Source of the DNA: Candidatus Pacearchaeota archaeon
GTDB taxonomy: Bacteria; Patescibacteriota; Minisyncoccia; Minisyncoccales; GCA-002788555
DNA: 64,000 nucleotides
Reading direction: 5' to 3'
NCBI GenBank assembly: GCA_035360455.1
Contig: DAOSAR010000001.1
Span: 3,328-67,327, forward strand
Shown here: positions 51,708 to 62,052 of the stretch, piece by piece
Layout: every line of letters starts with the position of its first letter
Numbering within the stretch: position 1 is the stretch's first letter
Notes under the pieces: generated by a model
Told to the model about the DNA's origin: nothing
The model's input: only the letters and a program-made list of their open reading frames with translations
The model's database searches: none
Program-made: the position numbers and the translations under genes

Positions 51708-51992
51708 TTATTTTGTTTCTTCTTTTCTCTCAAGCTCTCTTTCCATTTTACCACCATGTCTTTGAAATTTTGTGGTTGGTGAAAATTCACCAAGCCGATG
51801 ACCAACCATTTCTTCTCTAATTTTAACAGAAATAAATTCTTTGCCATTATGGACAAGAAATTCCATTCCAATCATTTCTGGAGTAATCATTGCTGACCTT
51901 GCCCATGTTTTAATGGGTTGACCTTTTGATTCTTTCATTTTCTTTTCTAACTTTGGATCTCTATAAATACCTTTTTTTAAACTTCTTGCCAT
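51708..51992 (-). CDS. rpsS: Ribosomal protein S19
   Basis: MARSLKKGIYRDPKL...VHNGKEFISVKIREEMVGHRLGEFSPT. Confidence 0.95.
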   Translation of the reverse strand: MARSLKKGIYRDPKLEKKMKESKGQPIKTWARSAMITPEMIGMEFLVHNGKEFISVKIREEMVGHRLGEFSPTTKFQRHGGKMERELERKEETK

Positions 51993-52063
51993 ATCATTAT
52001 TTACGAATTACGAATCTTTATGAATATACGAATTCGCATAGATTCGTAAAGTAAATTCGTTGA

Positions 52064-52885
52064 TTACTTTCTACGTTTTACTATATATCTATTTGAAAAT
52101 TTATGCTTTTTTCTTGTTTTTTTACCAAGAGCTGGCTTGCCCCATGGAGTTTTTGGATGTTTTAAACCAATAGTTGTTCGTCCTTCTCCTCCACCGTGTG
52201 GATGATCTGGAGGATTCATTGCTGTTCCTCTCACGGTAGGTCTTATACCTCTATGCCTTGTCTTTCCAGCTTTTCCCAAAACCTCAGTTCTTTTATTAAT
52301 ATTAGAAACCTGTCCTATGGTAGCAAAACATTCTTCAGAAATCAAGCGAACTTCTTTTGAAGGCAAAGAAATGCTTACATATCCTCCTTCTCGAGATAAA
52401 ATTTGGGCTTTACTTCCAGCACTTCTTACTATCTTTCCACCTTGGCCTGGTATTAATTCTATATTAAATATTGATGATCCAGGAATAATATTTTTCAATT
52501 TTAAACGATTACCTGTTTTTAAAGGAGCGTTTTCTTGACATACCACCTTATCTCCAACTTTTATGCCTTCTGGAGCTATCTGATATCTTTTTTCTCCGTC
52601 TTGATATAAAAGAAGCATTAAAAAGGCTGAACGGTTTGGATCATATTCAATCGCTTTAACTGTAGCAGGAATATTAATCTTATCTTCGCCAAAATCTACT
52701 ATTCGATATTTTTGTTTTTCTCCACCTCCTTTATGACGAATAGTAATTCTACCACTACTAGTTCTACCCGCATGCTTTTTCAAAGGTAAAATTAAACCTT
52801 TTTCAGGCTCTTTTTTGGTTAAAACTGAATAATCTTCGACAATCATTCCTCTTTGTCCCGGTGTTGTTGGTTTCTTTTGTTTCAT
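52064..52885 (-). CDS. rplB: Ribosomal protein L2
   Basis: Start moved to [14 protein letters not shown] (52885). [30 protein letters not shown]. Confidence 0.95.
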   Translation of the reverse strand: MKQKKPTTPGQRGMIVEDYSVLTKKEPEKGLILPLKKHAGRTSSGRITIRHKGGGEKQKYRIVDFGEDKINIPATVKAIEYDPNRSAFLMLLLYQDGEKRYQIAPEGIKVGDKVVCQENAPLKTGNRLKLKNIIPGSSIFNIELIPGQGGKIVRSAGSKAQILSREGGYVSISLPSKEVRLISEECFATIGQVSNINKRTEVLGKAGKTRHRGIRPTVRGTAMNPPDHPHGGGEGRTTIGLKHPKTPWGKPALGKKTRKKHKFSNRYIVKRRK

Positions 52886-52928
52886 AATCCTAATTTTACA
52901 ACAAGTTATTAAGCTATTAGTTATTAAA

Positions 52929-53369
52929 TTACCGTGGTGTTGTTTCAATCTTTTCTCCTTCTTCTAAAGAAATAATCGCTTTTTTGTAGCCAGGCTTCCA
53001 TCCTTCTTGTCTTCCTACTCTTTTTCTTTTTTTACGAACATTTACAATATTTACTTTTTTAACTTTGACCTTATAAATATCTTCAATAGCTTTCTGAATT
53101 TCAACTTTATTTGCTTCTGGAAAAACTTTAAAAATATATTTATTTTGATTAGCTAAGTTTGTTCCTTTCTCGGAAATAATTGGTTCTTTCAAAATTCGAT
53201 AAGCAATTTTACTCTTGCCAATACTTTTTTTAAGTTGAACTCCTTTTTGAGGTTTAATTTTTGGCTCATTTTTCTTTTTCTTTTCTTTAACTACTTCTTT
53301 TTCAAGCTCCTTTTTTTGAGGAGTTGGTTTTGTTTTTTCTTTTTTCCTTTGAAATGGTAGAGTTATCAT
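52929..53369 (-). CDS. rplW: Ribosomal protein L23 with a ~50-aa K/E-rich N-terminal extension
   Basis: The core [48 protein letters not shown] is preceded by [41 protein letters not shown]. Confidence 0.85.
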   Translation of the reverse strand: MITLPFQRKKEKTKPTPQKKELEKEVVKEKKKKNEPKIKPQKGVQLKKSIGKSKIAYRILKEPIISEKGTNLANQNKYIFKVFPEANKVEIQKAIEDIYKVKVKKVNIVNVRKKRKRVGRQEGWKPGYKKAIISLEEGEKIETTPR

Positions 53370-53407
53370 AAGTTACTAATTTGTGCGAAAAAATTAGCGA
53401 ATGTTCG

Positions 53408-54088
53408 CTAACGATTCGTGCATATTTGCGAGACTGCTTCGTGCTCCATTATTATATATTTATTCTGAAGTAAAAGATAAGGATTTAATGAATTTACTGA
53501 AATTACTTTAACATTTTCAAGGTTTCGAAAAGATTTTTTTATTTGCTCATTTGCTTTTGATAAAACTATTAATGTCTTTTTTTTATTAATTTCTGGTGCA
53601 ATTTTTTCAAGGTTTTTTATAATTTCTGCTGCTAAACTTGTTTTAAGTTTTTCCATTTCTATTTTATCTAAAAAAATAATTTCATTATCTTTTATCTTTT
53701 GAGAAAGAACCATGTATAAAGCTTTTTTCTTGGCTTCTTTTGAAAGTTTTGTTTGATAATTTTTTTCTGGCTTAGGACCAAAAGTTACTCCTCCTCCTCT
53801 CCATAATGGTGAACGAATTGATCCATGCCTTGCTCTACCCGTTCCCTTTTGTCTCCATGGCTTTCTTCCGCCCCCACTTACTTCGCTTCTATCCTTTGTT
53901 TTTGCAATTGGTTTACGCCTTAAATTTTGATAATACAAAACTGTCTGATAAATGTGGTCAGAATTTAATGCTCGCTGAGGCTTAGCCTCATCTCGCGCCG
54001 CTTTGCTCGGCTTTCGATTAAATACATCTTCCGAAAGATCAATCTCTCCTACTTTTTCTCCTTTTTGATTATATAAAGCAGATTGCAT
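53408..54088 (-). CDS. rplD: Ribosomal protein L4 with a ~20-aa insertion
   Basis: GGGRKPWRQKGTGRARHGSIRSPLWRGGGVTFGPKP. The insertion KPSKAARDEAKPQRALNS is encoded by a GC-richer island at 53970..54016. Confidence 0.92.
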   Translation of the reverse strand: MQSALYNQKGEKVGEIDLSEDVFNRKPSKAARDEAKPQRALNSDHIYQTVLYYQNLRRKPIAKTKDRSEVSGGGRKPWRQKGTGRARHGSIRSPLWRGGGVTFGPKPEKNYQTKLSKEAKKKALYMVLSQKIKDNEIIFLDKIEMEKLKTSLAAEIIKNLEKIAPEINKKKTLIVLSKANEQIKKSFRNLENVKVISVNSLNPYLLLQNKYIIMEHEAVSQICTNR

Positions 54089-54141
54089 AATTTCTTAACT
54101 TTACAACTTACAACTTACAACTTTATAATTAAAACTTTTTG

Positions 54142-54804
54142 TTATTTATTATTAGCTATTAGTTGAACTATTGTTCCTTTCTTTCCTGGTATTGCTCCCT
54201 TTATTCCTAATAAATTTTTTTCTTTATCAACTTTCACAATCTCTAAATTTTGAATCGTAACTCTTTTTCCTCCCATTCTTCCGGCCATTTTTTTCCCTTT
54301 AAATACTCTTTCTGGGTCAGTTGCGCCAATTGACCCTGGCTTCCGAAGCATATGCTTTGTACCATGAGTTTTTGGCGCTCCAGCAAATCCCCACCTTTTT
54401 ACCGGTCCTTGAAAACCTTTTGCCTTTGAAATTCCTGAAACTTTCACTTTATCTCCTTCTTCAAAAATATCTACATTAATTTTATCGCCAATCTTTATTG
54501 AAAATTGGAAATTGGAGTTCAAGGAGGCTTCATCTTTTTTCACGCCGTGTCCTGCTTCGCCGGACTCGGTAATTGGAAACTCTTTTATATATTTATATTC
54601 TTTACCCTTTTCAGATTTCTTTATTTTTTTTGTCTTTTTTTCAAAACCAATTTGAACTGCTTCATAACCATCTTTCTCTTTATTTTTTACTTGTAAAACA
54701 ACACATGGTCCGGCTTCAATCCAGGTTAATGGTATTACTTTTCCTTTCTCATCAAATATTTGCGACATTCCTATTTTTTTTCCAAGAATAAATTTCTGTG
54801 CCAT
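54142..54804 (-). CDS. rplC: Ribosomal protein L3
   Basis: ILGKKIGMSQIFDEKGKVIPLTWIEAGPC...GFQGPVKRWGF. Confidence 0.95.
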   Translation of the reverse strand: MAQKFILGKKIGMSQIFDEKGKVIPLTWIEAGPCVVLQVKNKEKDGYEAVQIGFEKKTKKIKKSEKGKEYKYIKEFPITESGEAGHGVKKDEASLNSNFQFSIKIGDKINVDIFEEGDKVKVSGISKAKGFQGPVKRWGFAGAPKTHGTKHMLRKPGSIGATDPERVFKGKKMAGRMGGKRVTIQNLEIVKVDKEKNLLGIKGAIPGKKGTIVQLIANNK

Positions 54805-54810
54805 AATAAC

Positions 54811-54844
54811 TACAAAATAAAAATGTCGGGATAACCCGACATTT
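54811..54844 (-). terminator. Terminator/attenuator-like hairpin between rpsJ and rplC
   Basis: Minus strand: AAATGTCGGG-ttat-CCCGACATTT followed by TTATTTTGT. It ends 7 nt before the rplC ATG. Confidence 0.5.
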
Positions 54845-54957
54845 CCAGGTTATTTCCCCATCTTTTCTATTAAATAAAAAAAATTGATTTAAAAAGAAAA
54901 TTCATGATAAATAAGAAATTCGTAAATTCGTAATGAATTTGTAATTCGTTGATCATT

Positions 54958-55320
54958 CTACATTTTAATTTCTACATCTACTCCTGCTGGCAAATTAAGA
55001 TTTTGAAGAGTATCAATAATTCGACGATTAGGATTTAAAATATCAATAATTCTTTTATGAATTCTTATTTCAAACTGTTCTCGAGCATCCTTATGGACAA
55101 ACGTTGAACGATTTACTGTATATTTTTTAATTTCTGTTGGTAAAGGAATTGGTCCAACCACTTCTGCTCCTTGCCTTAAAACACTTTCTACAATTTGTCT
55201 TGCAGAGCTATCAACTAATCGATGATCATAAGCTTTTATTTTAATTCTAAGGGCAGGAAGAGATGATTTGTTTTCTTTCTCATTTTTTGTTGTCGATGTA
55301 CTCTCAATTTTAGCAGACAT
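54958..55320 (-). CDS. rpsJ: Ribosomal protein S10 (about 20-aa N-terminal extension if the ATG at 55320 is used)
   Basis: [23 protein letters not shown]... Confidence 0.92.
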   Translation of the reverse strand: MSAKIESTSTTKNEKENKSSLPALRIKIKAYDHRLVDSSARQIVESVLRQGAEVVGPIPLPTEIKKYTVNRSTFVHKDAREQFEIRIHKRIIDILNPNRRIIDTLQNLNLPAGVDVEIKM

Positions 55321-55364
55321 TGCATTTGCGGTTTTGTAACCGCTTAATAAATTTTTATTTAAAT

Positions 55365-56564
55365 CTATTTGATAATCTTTGTAATCGTTCCAGCTCCTAC
55401 TGTCTTACCACCTTCCCTAATAGCAAATCTTTGTTTTTCTTCCATTGCAACAGGGGTAATCAATTTTACAGTTAAGCTCACCGTATCTCCGGGCATAACC
55501 ATTTCAGTCCCCTGGGGTAAGGTTACTTCACCAGTGACATCAGCTGTTCGAATGTAAAATTGAGGTTTATAACCAGTAAAGAATGGTGTATGACGTCCTC
55601 CTTCTTCCTTTGATAAGATATAAACTTGACATTCAAAATCGGTATGAGGAGTTACAGTACCCGGTTTTGCTAATACCTGACCTCGCAAAACATCTTCTTT
55701 TTTAAGACCCCTCAAAAGAACTCCTATATTATCGCCTGCTTGAGCTTGATCAAGAGTTTTATTAAACATTTCAATACCAGTAACAATAGTTTTTTTAGTG
55801 GGTTTAATACCGATTAATTCTACTTCGTCATTGAGATGAAGAATTCCTCTTTCTACTCTGCCGGTAGCAACTGTTCCACGACCTTCAATAGTAAAAACAT
55901 CTTCGACTGCCATTAAAAATGGCTGATCTAAAGGACGAACCGGTTCAGGAATATATTCATCAAGGGCTTTTATTAACTCAAAAATTGGTTTACAAGCTTC
56001 GTCATCTTTTGATGTAGCTTGTAATGCCTTAAGAGCAGAACCACGAATAACAGGAACATTTTTCCCATCGAATTCATACTTTGTTAAAAGTTCTCGAACT
56101 TCTTCCTCTACAAGATCAACTAATTCAGGATCATCTACTTGATCAATTTTATTCAAAAATACAACAATAGCCGGAACTCCTACCTGACGCGCAAGTAAAA
56201 TATGCTCTCTTGTCTGAGGCATTGGACCATCCGGAGCAGAAACTACCAAGATTGCACCATCCATTTGAGCAGCACCTGTAATCATATTTTTAATATAGTC
56301 AGCGTGTCCTGGGCAGTCAATATGGGCATAATGCCTTTTTTCGCTCTCATATTCAAGATGAGAAATATTAATAGTTAATCCTCTCTGTTTTTCTTCTGGA
56401 GCAGCATCGATTTGATCAACGCTCTTTTCACTGACTTTGTAACCAGCTAAATGCAATACATGTAAGATAGCTGCTGTTAAGGTAGTTTTACCATGATCAA
56501 CATGACCTATAGTTCCCACATTTAAGTGAGGTTTTGTACGTTCAAATTTTTGTTTTTCAGCCAT
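55365..56564 (-). CDS. tuf: Elongation factor Tu
   Basis: [27 protein letters not shown]. Confidence 0.97.
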   Translation of the reverse strand: MAEKQKFERTKPHLNVGTIGHVDHGKTTLTAAILHVLHLAGYKVSEKSVDQIDAAPEEKQRGLTINISHLEYESEKRHYAHIDCPGHADYIKNMITGAAQMDGAILVVSAPDGPMPQTREHILLARQVGVPAIVVFLNKIDQVDDPELVDLVEEEVRELLTKYEFDGKNVPVIRGSALKALQATSKDDEACKPIFELIKALDEYIPEPVRPLDQPFLMAVEDVFTIEGRGTVATGRVERGILHLNDEVELIGIKPTKKTIVTGIEMFNKTLDQAQAGDNIGVLLRGLKKEDVLRGQVLAKPGTVTPHTDFECQVYILSKEEGGRHTPFFTGYKPQFYIRTADVTGEVTLPQGTEMVMPGDTVSLTVKLITPVAMEEKQRFAIREGGKTVGAGTITKIIK

Positions 56565-56755
56565 AAAAATATAATCCGAATCTACGAATTATATTCGAAT
56601 GCTCCGAATATTCGGATTTGCCCATTCTTTTATTTAAGGCTATCTGGTACTATTTTATGTGCCATTCGAATGTTATTCGTAGATTAGAATGTTATATTAC
56701 TATAATTATTTATTTTACTAATCTTTTAAAAGAAGTCAAGAGTTTTTATAAAATT

Positions 56756-58885
56756 TTATTTTCTTTTTCCTTCAATAATCTCCTCTGCAATGTTTTGAGG
56801 AACTTTATCGTAGTGATCAAATTCCATTGTGAATGTTCCACGTCCTTGAGTTAAAGAACGTAAAGTAGTAGCATAGCCAAACATCTCAGACAAAGGAACT
56901 TTTGCCTCAATTGCCTTAATTTGACCAACAGTTTTTTGTTCTTCAATCCTTGCTCGACGAGCAGAAAGATCGCCAATAACATCGCCCAAAAATTCATCAG
57001 GGCAACGAACTTCAACCTTCATAATAGGTTCAAGTAAAACTGGCTTGGCTTTTTTTACTGCTTCTGATAAGGCAATTGATCCTGCAATTTTAAAAGCAAA
57101 ATCAGAGGAATCAACTTCATGGAAAGTTCCATCATAAAGTGTTACTTTTAGATCAGTTAATGGATATCCAGCAATAACTCCTTTATCACGAGCCTCAACA
57201 ACTCCTTTTTGAACAGCAGGAATAAACTCCCGAGGAATAGCTCCACCTTTAATAGCATCAACAAATTCATAACCTTCTCCTCTTTCTTTCGGCTCAACTC
57301 TTAAGAATACATGGCCATATTGACCACGACCACCGGATTGACGAATATATTTCCCTTCAGCTTCGGCAGGAACAGTAATAGTTTCTTTGTAAGCAACTTG
57401 AGGACGTCCAGAGGTAATATTTACTCCAAATTCTCTTTGCAATCTATCAAGAATTATTTCAAGGTGAAGTTCCCCCATGCCAGAAATAATAGTTTGTTGA
57501 GTTTCTTCATCGGTTTTTACTTTAAAGGTTGGATCTTCGCGAGTAAGTTTTTGAAGAGCAATGGAAAGTTTTTCTTGATCTTCTTTTGTTTTTGCCTCAA
57601 CGGCAATAGAAATGACTGGTTCTGGAAAGGTAATTTTTTCAAGCAAAATTGGGAAATTTTCATCACACAGGGTATCGCCAGTTTTGGTTGATTTGAGACC
57701 TAATGTAGCCGCAATACCACCAGCAAAAACCTCTTCGATTTCAATTCTTTCATTAGCGTGCATTTTTAAAAGTCGACCGATGCGCTCTTTTTGATTAGCA
57801 ACAGAATTTAAAACATAAGTACCTTTTTTAAGAGTGCCAGAATAAACCCTAAAATAAGAAAGCTCTCCGACATAAGGATCAGTAGCTACTTTAAAAACAA
57901 GAGCTGAAAAAGGAGCATCATCTTTTGGTTCTCTGTTTTCTTTTTTGCCAGTCTTTGAATTTTCTCCTTCGACCGGAGGAAGATCAACAGGGCTTGGAAG
58001 ATAATCAACAATAGCATCAAGAAGAAGTTGAACACCTTTGTTTTTTAGAGCAGAACCGCAAAGAACTGGAATAAGCTTAAAAGAAATAACTGATTTTCGC
58101 AATACTCTTTTAAGATCTTCAAGAGAAGGAATTGTGCCTTGGAGATATTGTTCCGTTAATTTATCATCCTGCTCAACTATTTTTTCAATCGCTTTTTCAC
58201 GAGCTTCTTCCGCTTCTTTTAACATTTCTGAGGGTATCTCGGTCTCTTTTACGGTTTGACCATGATCTCCTTCGAAAAAATAGGCCTTAAAAGTTAAAAG
58301 GTCAATCACTCCTTGAAAATTTTCCTCTCTTCCAATAGGTAATTGAAGAACAACAACATTTGGAGTGAGTTTTTGTCTGATACTCTCAACATCTTTTTGA
58401 AAATCAGCTCCAGTACGATCTAATTTATTCACAAAGCAAATGCGAGGAACATGAAATCTATCAGCTTGATGCCAAACAGTTTCAGATTGAGGTTCAACGC
58501 CAGCAACGCCATCAAAAATAACAACTGCACCATCAAGTACCCGAAGGGATCGTTGAACTTCGGCAGTAAAATCAATGTGGCCGGGAGTGTCAATAATATT
58601 AATTTGATACTCTTTTTGTTTACGTTCTTCTTTCTCCATTTCTCCCTCGGCTTTTTTAAAATAAGTTGGCAACCAATAGCAAGTAGTGGCAGCAGCAGTA
58701 ATAGTAATACCCCTTTCACGTTCTTGAACCATCCAATCCATTATTGCCTGACCTTCGTGAATCTCACCAATTTTATGAGAAATTCCTGTATAAAAAAGTA
58801 CCCGCTCTGAAACGGTAGTTTTTCCGGCATCGATATGAGCGATAAAACCAATATTACGATATCTTTCAATAGGATACTGACGCAT
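56756..58885 (-). CDS. fusA: Elongation factor G
   Basis: [28 protein letters not shown], 709 aa. Confidence 0.97.
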   Translation of the reverse strand: MRQYPIERYRNIGFIAHIDAGKTTVSERVLFYTGISHKIGEIHEGQAIMDWMVQERERGITITAAATTCYWLPTYFKKAEGEMEKEERKQKEYQINIIDTPGHIDFTAEVQRSLRVLDGAVVIFDGVAGVEPQSETVWHQADRFHVPRICFVNKLDRTGADFQKDVESIRQKLTPNVVVLQLPIGREENFQGVIDLLTFKAYFFEGDHGQTVKETEIPSEMLKEAEEAREKAIEKIVEQDDKLTEQYLQGTIPSLEDLKRVLRKSVISFKLIPVLCGSALKNKGVQLLLDAIVDYLPSPVDLPPVEGENSKTGKKENREPKDDAPFSALVFKVATDPYVGELSYFRVYSGTLKKGTYVLNSVANQKERIGRLLKMHANERIEIEEVFAGGIAATLGLKSTKTGDTLCDENFPILLEKITFPEPVISIAVEAKTKEDQEKLSIALQKLTREDPTFKVKTDEETQQTIISGMGELHLEIILDRLQREFGVNITSGRPQVAYKETITVPAEAEGKYIRQSGGRGQYGHVFLRVEPKERGEGYEFVDAIKGGAIPREFIPAVQKGVVEARDKGVIAGYPLTDLKVTLYDGTFHEVDSSDFAFKIAGSIALSEAVKKAKPVLLEPIMKVEVRCPDEFLGDVIGDLSARRARIEEQKTVGQIKAIEAKVPLSEMFGYATTLRSLTQGRGTFTMEFDHYDKVPQNIAEEIIEGKRK

Positions 58886-59055
58886 ATAAATTAAAAATCA
58901 AAAGCTGAGTCGAGCGAAGCGAGACGAAGTGGAAGAAGAGAATGAAATTCTCTTCGCCCACCGAGTTTTCGCAACAGCGAAACGAGGCGAGAGACGAGAA
59001 CGAAGTTCTCGGCGATCATAAAAACTCAAAAAATTTTTGAGCTTAGAAGTTAAAT
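58886..59055. repeat. GC-richer hairpin-module spacer between S7 and EF-G
   Basis: The 30-mer AAAAGCTGAGTCGAGCGAAGCGAGACGAAG (58900..58929) is the inverse of 49507..49536. Hairpins GAAGAGAAT-gaa-ATTCTCTTC (58935..58955) and GAGAAC-gaa-GTTCTC (58996..59010). Confidence 0.85.
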
Positions 59056-59499
59056 TTATCTTGCAAGATGAGCAAAAGCTTTGTTTGCCTCAGCCATTCT
59101 TTCAACATTTATCTTTTTTCTAATTGCCGCTCCTTCATTTTTTGAAGCTAAAATTAATTCTTCGGCTAATTTTTCTTCCATTGACTTTCCTTTCTTTGAT
59201 CTTGCTGTTTCTAAAATCCATCTCATTGCTAATGTTTCTTGTCTTTCCCCTTTTACTTCCGTTGGTACTTGATAAGTTGCTCCCCCTACTCTTTTTGGTT
59301 TTGTTTCCATCCGAGGAGAAGCATTCTTTAAAGCCTTGCTAAAAACTTCTAATGGATTCTTTTTGGTTTGTTCTTGAATAATAGAAAAAGCATTATAAAC
59401 AATTTTTTGAGCTAATGTTTTCTTTCCTCGACGCATTGTCTGGTTAATAAATTTTTGAACCACTAAATTATTGTATTTTGGATCAGGATTAATTGACAT
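59056..59499 (-). CDS. rpsG: Ribosomal protein S7
   Basis: PDPKYNNLVVQKFINQTMRRGKKTLAQKIVY... Confidence 0.93.
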   Translation of the reverse strand: MSINPDPKYNNLVVQKFINQTMRRGKKTLAQKIVYNAFSIIQEQTKKNPLEVFSKALKNASPRMETKPKRVGGATYQVPTEVKGERQETLAMRWILETARSKKGKSMEEKLAEELILASKNEGAAIRKKINVERMAEANKAFAHLAR

Positions 59500-59549
59500 A
59501 ACTTAAAAACTTATAACTCATAATTTATAATAATGTTTAAAATTATTAG

Positions 59550-59960
59550 TTATTTTCCTTTTTTCGTACCATATTTTGATCTTTGCTTTTTTCTATTTTT
59601 TACTCCTTCAGTGTCTAAAGTACCTCTTACAATATGATAACGAACGCCTGGCAAATCTTTTACTCTTCCTCCACGAATTAAAACAATAGAGTGCTCTTGA
59701 AGATTATGTCCTTCTCCAGGAATATAAGCAGTTACTTCCATTCCGTTTTGCAACCGAACACGAGCTACTTTTCTTAAGGCAGAATTTGGTTTTTTAGGAG
59801 TGGTTGTAAAAACTTTTACGCAAACACCTCTTTTAAAAGGAGATGGATAAAAAACTGGTTTATTTTTAATTGGATTAAAGCCAAATGAAAGAGCTGGGAC
59901 TTTAGTTTTGGTCTTTTTTTCTTTTCTTGGTTTTTTTAATAATTGATGAAAAGTAGGCAT
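59550..59960 (-). CDS. rpsL: Ribosomal protein S12
   Basis: [12 protein letters not shown]...[16 protein letters not shown]...[17 protein letters not shown]. Confidence 0.96.
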   Translation of the reverse strand: MPTFHQLLKKPRKEKKTKTKVPALSFGFNPIKNKPVFYPSPFKRGVCVKVFTTTPKKPNSALRKVARVRLQNGMEVTAYIPGEGHNLQEHSIVLIRGGRVKDLPGVRYHIVRGTLDTEGVKNRKKQRSKYGTKKGK

Positions 59961-59984
59961 AAAATTAATTCAAAAATAAAAAAA

Positions 59985-60055
59985 AGCGGGTAACGGGAAT
60001 TGAACCCGTGACCTATCCTTGGGAAGGATATGTTTTACCTCTAAACTATACCCGC
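59985..60055 (-). tRNA. tRNA-Gly (anticodon CCC)
   Basis: GCGGGTA acceptor, anticodon stem-loop TATCC-TTCCCAA-GGATA, T-arm ACGGGTTCAATTCCCGT, discriminator U. Confidence 0.88.
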
Positions 60056-60071
60056 AAAAAATAAACGGGTA

Positions 60072-60473
60072 TTATTTTTTATTTTCTTCTTTTTTGGTAA
60101 ATATACTTTGAAATTTTTCCCACAAGGTTTTTTCATCTACCTTGTTTTCTTCTGAGGATTTTTCTCCTTCTGGCAAGATATAAATTACTTTTTCTCCTGG
60201 TTCAACTAAATTTAATCTTTCTTTAATTATTCTTTTAAGATATTCTTCATTCTGAGTTTCTTCTTTCTCTTTTTCTAATTTTTCTTTTTTGCTCTCTTCT
60301 GCTTGTATTTTTTTTTCAACATCGCTTAAGGCAGTTTTTGCCTGGCTCCAAATAAGATATTTTTCAAAAGTTGCTTTACCTACCCAGGCTAATATTATTA
60401 CTAATAAAAACAAAAAAAAATTAGAAGAAAAAACTCTTAAAAAACTTTTTTTTTGTTTTTTCCTTTTTGGCAT
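60072..60473 (-). CDS. Septum-formation-initiator-like protein (FtsB/DivIC family)
   Basis: N-terminal TM, coiled coil, YLKRIIKERLNLVEPGEKVIYI. Confidence 0.55.
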   Translation of the reverse strand: MPKRKKQKKSFLRVFSSNFFLFLLVIILAWVGKATFEKYLIWSQAKTALSDVEKKIQAEESKKEKLEKEKEETQNEEYLKRIIKERLNLVEPGEKVIYILPEGEKSSEENKVDEKTLWEKFQSIFTKKEENKK

Positions 60474-60633
60474 TGCTTTTAATTATACAAATTTTTTTCT
60501 TTTCTGCAAGTAGTTATCTGTTTTAGGTAGAAATAAAAAAGGCGTTTTTGGCCTTTTTAAAAATGAGATTCGAATCCCGATTTTTCACGCCTTTATAGAA
60601 TAATGTCTTATTCACTCATAATTCTTTCTCTTT

Positions 60634-60702
60634 TGCGGGGCCTGGATTCGAACCAAGATTAAATGCTCCAGAGGCATCTGTCCTACCATTAGACGACCCC
60701 GC
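60634..60702 (-). tRNA. tRNA-Gln (anticodon CUG)
   Basis: GCGGGGT acceptor, identical to the UUG isoacceptor through the D-arm. Anticodon loop CUCUGGA, T-arm TTGGTTCGAATCCAG. Confidence 0.85.
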
Positions 60703-60727
60703 AAGTTGCGTTTTTGGGGGTATTATT

Positions 60728-61750
60728 TTAAATTTGCTGTCCTATATAATCCGCCATTTGAGCTAAACGGCAAGAATAAGCCCATTCATTATCGTACCAA
60801 GCTACTATTTTTACTAAATTATCTTTTGCCATCGTTAAATTAGCATCTACAACAGCTGAAAAAGAATTTCCTTTGTAGTCCATTGAAACTAATTCAGCAT
60901 CTTCTATTCCCAAAATTCCATCTAATTTTTTTTCTTTTGAAGCTTTTTTAAAAATGTAATTAATTTCTTCAACGGTAGTATTTTTTTCAACTTCGCAAAT
61001 TAAATCAAGAGTGGAAACTGTAGGAGTAGGAACTCTTAAAGCGATGCCGTCTAATTTTCCTTCAAGCTCGGGCATTACTTTTCCAATGGCTTTAGCAGCA
61101 CCAGTTGTAGTAGGAATAATCGAAAGAGCTGCAGCTCGTGCTCGGCGAAGATCTTTATGAGGAAGATCCAAAAGTCGTTGATCATTAGTATAAGAATGGA
61201 CTGTAGTCATAAACCCTTTTTTTATCTTAAAATTTTGATCTAAAACTTTTGCTATTGGCGCTAAACAATTAGTTGTGCAAGAGCCCATGTCAATAATTTT
61301 GTCTCTTTTTGGATTAAATTTTTCTTCATTTACCCCTAAAACATAACTTGAAATTTTATCTGGATCTTTGGAAGGAGCAGAAATTATTACCATTTTTGCT
61401 CCAGCGTCAAGATGCTTTTTTGCCCCTTCAAAATCAGTAAAATAGCCAGTGCATTCCAAAACAATATCAACTCCTAATTCTTTCCAGGGAAGCAAAGAAG
61501 GATCTTTTTCGGCAAAAACTTTTATTTTTTTCCCTTCTAACGTTCCATCTATTAAAAGAGAATCTTCGGTGTGTTTAACAACTTTATTATAAATTCCATA
61601 AGAAGAATCATACTTTAAAAGATAAGCTAAGGTCTTTGTATCGGCCAAATCATTAATCGCTACCATGTCTAAATTAGGATGCTTTTCTAAAATCCTTTTA
61701 AAAGTAGGACGTCCAATTCGACCAAAACCGTTAATAGCAACTTTAACCAT
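60728..61750 (-). CDS. gap: Type I glyceraldehyde-3-phosphate dehydrogenase
   Basis: VKVAINGFGRIGR, SCTTNCLAP, WYDNEWAYS. Confidence 0.95.
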   Translation of the reverse strand: MVKVAINGFGRIGRPTFKRILEKHPNLDMVAINDLADTKTLAYLLKYDSSYGIYNKVVKHTEDSLLIDGTLEGKKIKVFAEKDPSLLPWKELGVDIVLECTGYFTDFEGAKKHLDAGAKMVIISAPSKDPDKISSYVLGVNEEKFNPKRDKIIDMGSCTTNCLAPIAKVLDQNFKIKKGFMTTVHSYTNDQRLLDLPHKDLRRARAAALSIIPTTTGAAKAIGKVMPELEGKLDGIALRVPTPTVSTLDLICEVEKNTTVEEINYIFKKASKEKKLDGILGIEDAELVSMDYKGNSFSAVVDANLTMAKDNLVKIVAWYDNEWAYSCRLAQMADYIGQQI

Positions 61751-61797
61751 ATATTACGAATAGATACAAATTTATTTGCGAATTATATTCGTGTAAA

Positions 61798-62034
61798 TTA
61801 GCGAATATTGAGCAATTTTGAAATTTTCTCTTTATCAAAACCTATTATAATTTCTCCATCAATTTCAACTACCGGCACATTGAACTGGTTAGTTTTTTGG
61901 ATTAATTCTTCTCTCGTCTTTTCATCCACAGAAACATCAATTTCTTCAAATTTAATATTATGTTCTTTTAAGAAATTTTTCAAGGCAATACAATAAGGAC
62001 ATGTAGGAGTCGTGTAAAGATAGACTTTTGGCAT
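61798..62034 (-). CDS. Glutaredoxin/NrdH-like redoxin
   Basis: 78 aa, YTTPTCPYCIALKNFL, VPVVEIDGEIIIGF. Confidence 0.8.
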   Translation of the reverse strand: MPKVYLYTTPTCPYCIALKNFLKEHNIKFEEIDVSVDEKTREELIQKTNQFNVPVVEIDGEIIIGFDKEKISKLLNIR

Positions 62035-62052
62035 AAAAATAAAACGTAGAAT

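Noticed and set aside
60560-60600. gagattcgaatcccgattttt resembles a tRNA T-arm, possibly a tRNA fragment or att site next to tRNA-Gln
   Set aside because: The flanking bases do not pair as a T-stem (GAGA versus CCCG), and no acceptor or anticodon arm can be built. It is probably a chance TTCGAATCC match.
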